Assembly: GCA_965197905.1 (NCBI GenBank)
Contig: CBDAOB010000004.1
Location: 1,888,001 to 1,952,000, forward strand
From: Candidatus Latescibacterota bacterium
GTDB taxonomy: Bacteria > Latescibacterota > UBA2968 > UBA8231
Direction of reading: 5' to 3'
DNA length: 64,000 nt
Positions 60,204 to 64,000 of this stretch are shown in pieces. Made by a program: the position numbers and the translations under genes. Every line of letters begins with the position of its first letter. The first letter of the stretch is position 1. A model generated the notes under the pieces. The model did not search any database and was not told the DNA's origin. It saw only the letters and a program-made list of their open reading frames with translations.

Positions 60204-60776
60204 ATGCATTCATTTACCAGCTGGTGCTCGCGATCAATCCTGATAAGCGCGATCGTGTTGTGCGCTGCGGTTGGGGCGCAAACGAAGATTACTCCGGACC
60301 AGGAAGCAGAGATGTTGCTCAAGGCCCTGTCCTACGATCGCAACCTGGAAAAGCGGTCCGGTTCGGCGATAAACGTCGGCGTTCTCTACACCGGTGACGG
60401 AGAAGCGGAAGCTGCCGCGGTGGCGGCTGCGTTCCAACGAGCCGGAAGAGGCGGTGGAGCTCCCTTGCCCGTTACCGCAACCACGATTCCGTTTACTTCG
60501 GTAAGTGCACTCCTGAAAAAGGTTGAAGGCGAAAATATAAACGCTCTCTATGTCCATCCATCCCTTTCGGCAGCTCTGTCCAGCGTTCAGCAGGTGTCCC
60601 GCGGCAGGAAGATTCTATCCCTGGGAGGATCGAAAGAACTGGTGGAGCGCGGATTGTCGGTGGGCGTGTACATGGGTAAGTCGGCGCCCCGGCTCATTGT
60701 GAATATGAAAGCAGGTAAGGTCGAGGGGCTAGATCTAAAACCAGCAATTCGTCTGGTTGCCAGGGTCGTGAAGTAG
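60204..60776 (+). CDS. YfiR/HmsC-family (DUF4154) periplasmic protein
   Basis: Signal peptide; LLKALSYDRNL, G..VGV......RLIVN..A....GL......LVARVV tail; AAGGAGG RBS. Confidence 0.72.
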   Translation: MHSFTSWCSRSILISAIVLCAAVGAQTKITPDQEAEMLLKALSYDRNLEKRSGSAINVGVLYTGDGEAEAAAVAAAFQRAGRGGGAPLPVTATTIPFTSVSALLKKVEGENINALYVHPSLSAALSSVQQVSRGRKILSLGGSKELVERGLSVGVYMGKSAPRLIVNMKAGKVEGLDLKPAIRLVARVVK

Positions 60777-60974
60777 ACCGAGCCGCCCCGATCCAACATC
60801 GGCCCCGAGTCATCTGTAAAGGTGATTCGGGGTTATTTTTTGGTCAGGAAGGAGCTGCCGCCGGTCGCGGTATTGTTTCCCCGACGTAGGTGATTGTGTA
60901 AATTGTCCTCTCTGAAAGATCGCCGATAAGTGGATGATGCCGAACTCAATTCTCCCGATGGACGGTTAGCTACT

Positions 60975-62515
60975 ATGTCAAGGTTTCGATCTATTCGTCT
61001 CAAGATTGTTGCGCCACTGGCGTTGTTCATCCTCGTCGTGGCGATCTTCAATTCAATCTATTTTCCTTCCAAGGAAGCTGATCGAATCAACGCCATATTT
61101 CAACAGCGTCTCGAGATATCTCTGGCGACATTGGTGTTGGGTACGAGCATTTCGATAAGCTCCGGAAATCTCGAAGGTGCCGAAGCTACCGTGAACCTGC
61201 TCAAGGAAGATGAGCATCTGACCTTTCTCATGGTGCTGGATGATGAGGGGAGCGAGCTGATTCACCACGGCACGTTAGACAGCAAGTATTTTGACGAAAG
61301 TGCTTTGCGAGAACTGCCCGTGGCCGAATTCCAGGAAGTCGGTCCGTACCTCGTCCTCAAAGACAAGATCCAGTTCGACGATGAGTATCTGGGTTCGGCT
61401 ATTATCGGCCTGAACACAGCAGATCGGGAGCGGGAGATCCGCAGCAGCGTAATCCTGACCGTTCTCTTGAGCCTGGTTTTCGCGCTGGTCGGTATCGGGT
61501 TTATCTCCTACGTCACCGGAAGGGTCATCCTGGTCTCACTGGCGAAGTCCGTGCACGTGGCAGAGCAAGTAGCCACGGGGGACTTGAGTGTAGAGATCGA
61601 GACCAGTGGTAACGACGAGGTGGGTCAATTGCTTTCTGCTTTCCGAACGATGACGAGCGGTCTGCGTTCCCTTATCGGCCAGACCCAGCGCTCAGGGATA
61701 CAGATCACATCTTCGGTAACACAGATCGCGGCATCGGGGAAACAATTGGAAGCGACGGTGAACGAGCAAGCGGCGTCCACCAATGAGGTAGTCGCAACGG
61801 CCAAGGAGATTTCGGCCACCTCACAAGAGTTGGTGCGCACGATGGGTGAAGTGTCGGCCATGTCGGAGGAGACCGTAGTCGCCGCCGACAGTGGCCAGCA
61901 GGGGCTGGGCCGTATGGAATCGACCATGCATCAAATGGAAGAAGCCACCCAATCCATTTCCTCCAAACTAGCCATCATCAACGAGAAAGCCGCGAACATT
62001 AACTCCGTTGTTACGACTATCACCAAGGTTGCCGATCAAACGAATCTGTTGTCGCTGAATGCGGCCATAGAAGCCGAGAAAGCAGGCGAGTACGGGGTCG
62101 GGTTTTCGGTGGTGGCACGGGAGATCCGCAGGCTGGCCGATCAGACTGCGGTAGCGACATTGGACATCGAGCAAACGGTCAAGGAGATGCGTTCGGCGGT
62201 ATCCGCGGGGGTGATGAGCATGGACAACTTTTCCGAAGAGGTGCGCCAGGGGGCAGACGAGATTCGCCGTGTCGGATCCCAACTCACGCAGATCATCGAA
62301 CGGGTGCAAGCCCTGCCGCCCCGTTTTCAGACGGTGGAAGAAGGCATGGAAGCTCAGTCTCAAGGGCGCAACAAATCAGCGAGTCGATGGTACAATTGAA
62401 TGAAGCGGCGCAGCAAACTGTTGACTCGCTGCGCGAAACAAACCGGGCATTGGAAAACCTGGGACGGGCATCGCAAGATCTGCAAGGCGAAATTTCCCAC
62501 TTCAAGATCGACTAG
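60975..62515 (+). CDS. Methyl-accepting chemotaxis protein (WspA-like), frameshift near 62363-62365
   Basis: 2 TM + periplasmic domain + HAMP (GDLS...DEVGQL) + [42 protein letters not shown]; tail [15 protein letters not shown]...FKID* in another frame. Confidence 0.9.
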
Positions 62516-62534
62516 GAACTGCGAGCGCGCTGTC

Positions 62535-63767
62535 ATGCAATTGCTCAGCTCCATCGAAGGACTGCTAAAATCCAGGTTGGGTCTCGACCCCCAAGTCCTG
62601 GGACGAAACGTACTGGCCGGAGCCGTTCAGGATCGCATAAAAATCACGTCGTGCCAAAGCATGGAGGTGTACGCTGGTGACCTTGCAACCTCCGCCGCCG
62701 AGTTGGAGGCGCTGGCGGGAAAGCTCCTCGTTCACGAGACGTGGTTCTTTCGCGATCGAGTGCCCTTCGATTACCTGTCTCGGTTCGTCCGCACCGCGCC
62801 CACCAAAGTTGACGGTAGGAAGCTGCGCATTCTGAGCGCGGCCTGCGCCACGGGCGAAGAGCCCTATTCCATCGCCGTAATCCTGCTCGAAACGGGTCTG
62901 AGCCCCGAATCCTTCCAGATCGATGCCCTCGACCTGAACAGAGAAGCGCTACACAAGGCCGAAGCGGCACAGTACTCCGAAAACTCGTTTCGATTCAGCA
63001 CCGATTCTTTCAAAACGTGTTATTTCCACCATGTCGACGGCAGCTACGCACTGACGCCGTCGGTGCGGAAGCTGGTCAATCTGGAACAGGGGAATCTGCT
63101 CGAAACCACCTGGGCCGCAGGAAAAGGCGCCTATGACATCGTCTTCTGCAGGAACCTGCTCATCTATTTGGACGAGAATTCCAGAAATTCGCTCCTTCGA
63201 AATGTAGAGGCGGTCTTGCATCCGGAAGGCCTTCTCTTCGTCGGCGCCGCTGAGGCGGGACAGATGCCCGGAGACCGCTTCGTGCCGGTTAGGCACCCAA
63301 AGTCCTTTGCGTTCCTGCGGAAAACAGCTGCCGGGCGTAAGAGAGCCACGACGGCGGTGAAGGTCCCGTCGCCGCGACAAATGGACATCCACGAATTCCC
63401 TCGTCGACCAACACCACCGCCGGCCGGGGACACCCGTTCCGCCGCGAGCGAACCACGCTCCGAATTGCCGGTGCCGGTATTGGACAGGGCGCGCTTGCTG
63501 GCCGATCGGGGCGACTTGACCGAAGCATCCAAACTCTGCGGTGCACACCTGGAAGAGAACCGCGACGACGCCGAAGGGCACGTGTTGTTGGGACTGATTC
63601 GCGTCGCGGCTGGGGAAGATAGGCAGGCGGAAGATTGTTTCGCCCGAGCGGTCTACCTGGAACCCGACCATCGCGAGGCGCTTGTCCATCTCGCTCTTTT
63701 GGTCGAACGTCGCGGTGATGAACACCGCGCGCAAGTCATCAAACGCCGGCTCGACCGCGTATCGTAG
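62535..63767 (+). CDS. cheR: CheR methyltransferase with C-terminal TPR (WspC-like)
   Basis: [51 protein letters not shown]. Confidence 0.92.
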   Translation: MQLLSSIEGLLKSRLGLDPQVLGRNVLAGAVQDRIKITSCQSMEVYAGDLATSAAELEALAGKLLVHETWFFRDRVPFDYLSRFVRTAPTKVDGRKLRILSAACATGEEPYSIAVILLETGLSPESFQIDALDLNREALHKAEAAQYSENSFRFSTDSFKTCYFHHVDGSYALTPSVRKLVNLEQGNLLETTWAAGKGAYDIVFCRNLLIYLDENSRNSLLRNVEAVLHPEGLLFVGAAEAGQMPGDRFVPVRHPKSFAFLRKTAAGRKRATTAVKVPSPRQMDIHEFPRRPTPPPAGDTRSAASEPRSELPVPVLDRARLLADRGDLTEASKLCGAHLEENRDDAEGHVLLGLIRVAAGEDRQAEDCFARAVYLEPDHREALVHLALLVERRGDEHRAQVIKRRLDRVS

Positions 63768-63784
63768 ATCGAGATCAGGCTGCC

Positions 63785-64000
63785 GTGCGAATAGCGATTG
63801 TAAACGATTCGAAACTCGCGATTGAGGCGCTGAGGAGAATTCTGTTCTATGTGCCCGAACACGAGCTGGCCTGGGAAGCGTCCGACGGTGCGGAGGCGGT
63901 GGAGAAGTGTGGGAACGATACACCGGATTTGATATTGATGGATCTGATCATGCCGGCGATGGATGGCGCGGAAGCTACTCGTCAGATCATGGAGGTCAGT
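63785..64000 (+). CDS. cheB: CheB-type methylesterase receiver domain (WspF-like), runs off the window
   Basis: Translated from GTG 63785: [20 protein letters not shown]...W.A.DGAEAVE.C...[23 protein letters not shown]. Confidence 0.8.
   Translation, partial: MRIAIVNDSKLAIEALRRILFYVPEHELAWEASDGAEAVEKCGNDTPDLILMDLIMPAMDGAEATRQIMEVS

Noticed and set aside
60899..60929. Perfect sigma28 -10 element GCCGATAA upstream of the MCP
   Set aside because: The nearest TAAA is 19 bp away instead of 15, so the promoter call is not supported
1..64000. CRISPR arrays, tRNA/rRNA, transposases, prophage or defence genes
   Set aside because: No spaced direct repeats, RNA gene signatures or such protein motifs were seen by eye; a covariance-model scan was not possible

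Overview
A gene-dense, GC-rich bacterial chromosomal window with no rRNA, tRNA, CRISPR array or transposase gene that I can recognise. Left arm (1-20.7 kb): gluconolactonase-like and oxidoreductase genes, ppk2, an ECF sigma/zinc anti-sigma pair, membrane (GT-C-like) and GT2 glycosyltransferases, sugar-nucleotide enzymes, an S41 protease, a small ABC transporter and a TauE exporter. Centre (20.7-35.3 kb): a 15-gene aromatic amino-acid supraoperon (fused trpE(G), trpG/pabA, trpD, trpC, trpS, chorismate mutase, tyrA, a degenerate aroA-like gene, a 46-aa membrane peptide, aroE, argS, aroK, aroB, rimO, DUF971). It is preceded by a sigma70 promoter and an unannotated leader-peptide attenuator (core YRYWRRFWY). 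Right arm (38-59.6 kb): a Wzx/Wzy polysaccharide locus with deacetylase, methyltransferase, aminotransferase and carbamoyltransferase, interrupted by sixA, a tandem-YjbQ protein, a 168-bp palindromic MITE-like element and a phosphomannomutase. The end (59.7-64 kb) holds a truncated beta-barrel gene, a YfiR-family gene and a chemoreceptor with a YfiN-like sensor domain on a WspA-like signalling domain, followed by WspC-like CheR-TPR and the start of WspF-like CheB. Three genes show single-base frame problems at short homopolymers, probably sequencing errors. All protein assignments come from motif recognition by eye; no database search was run.
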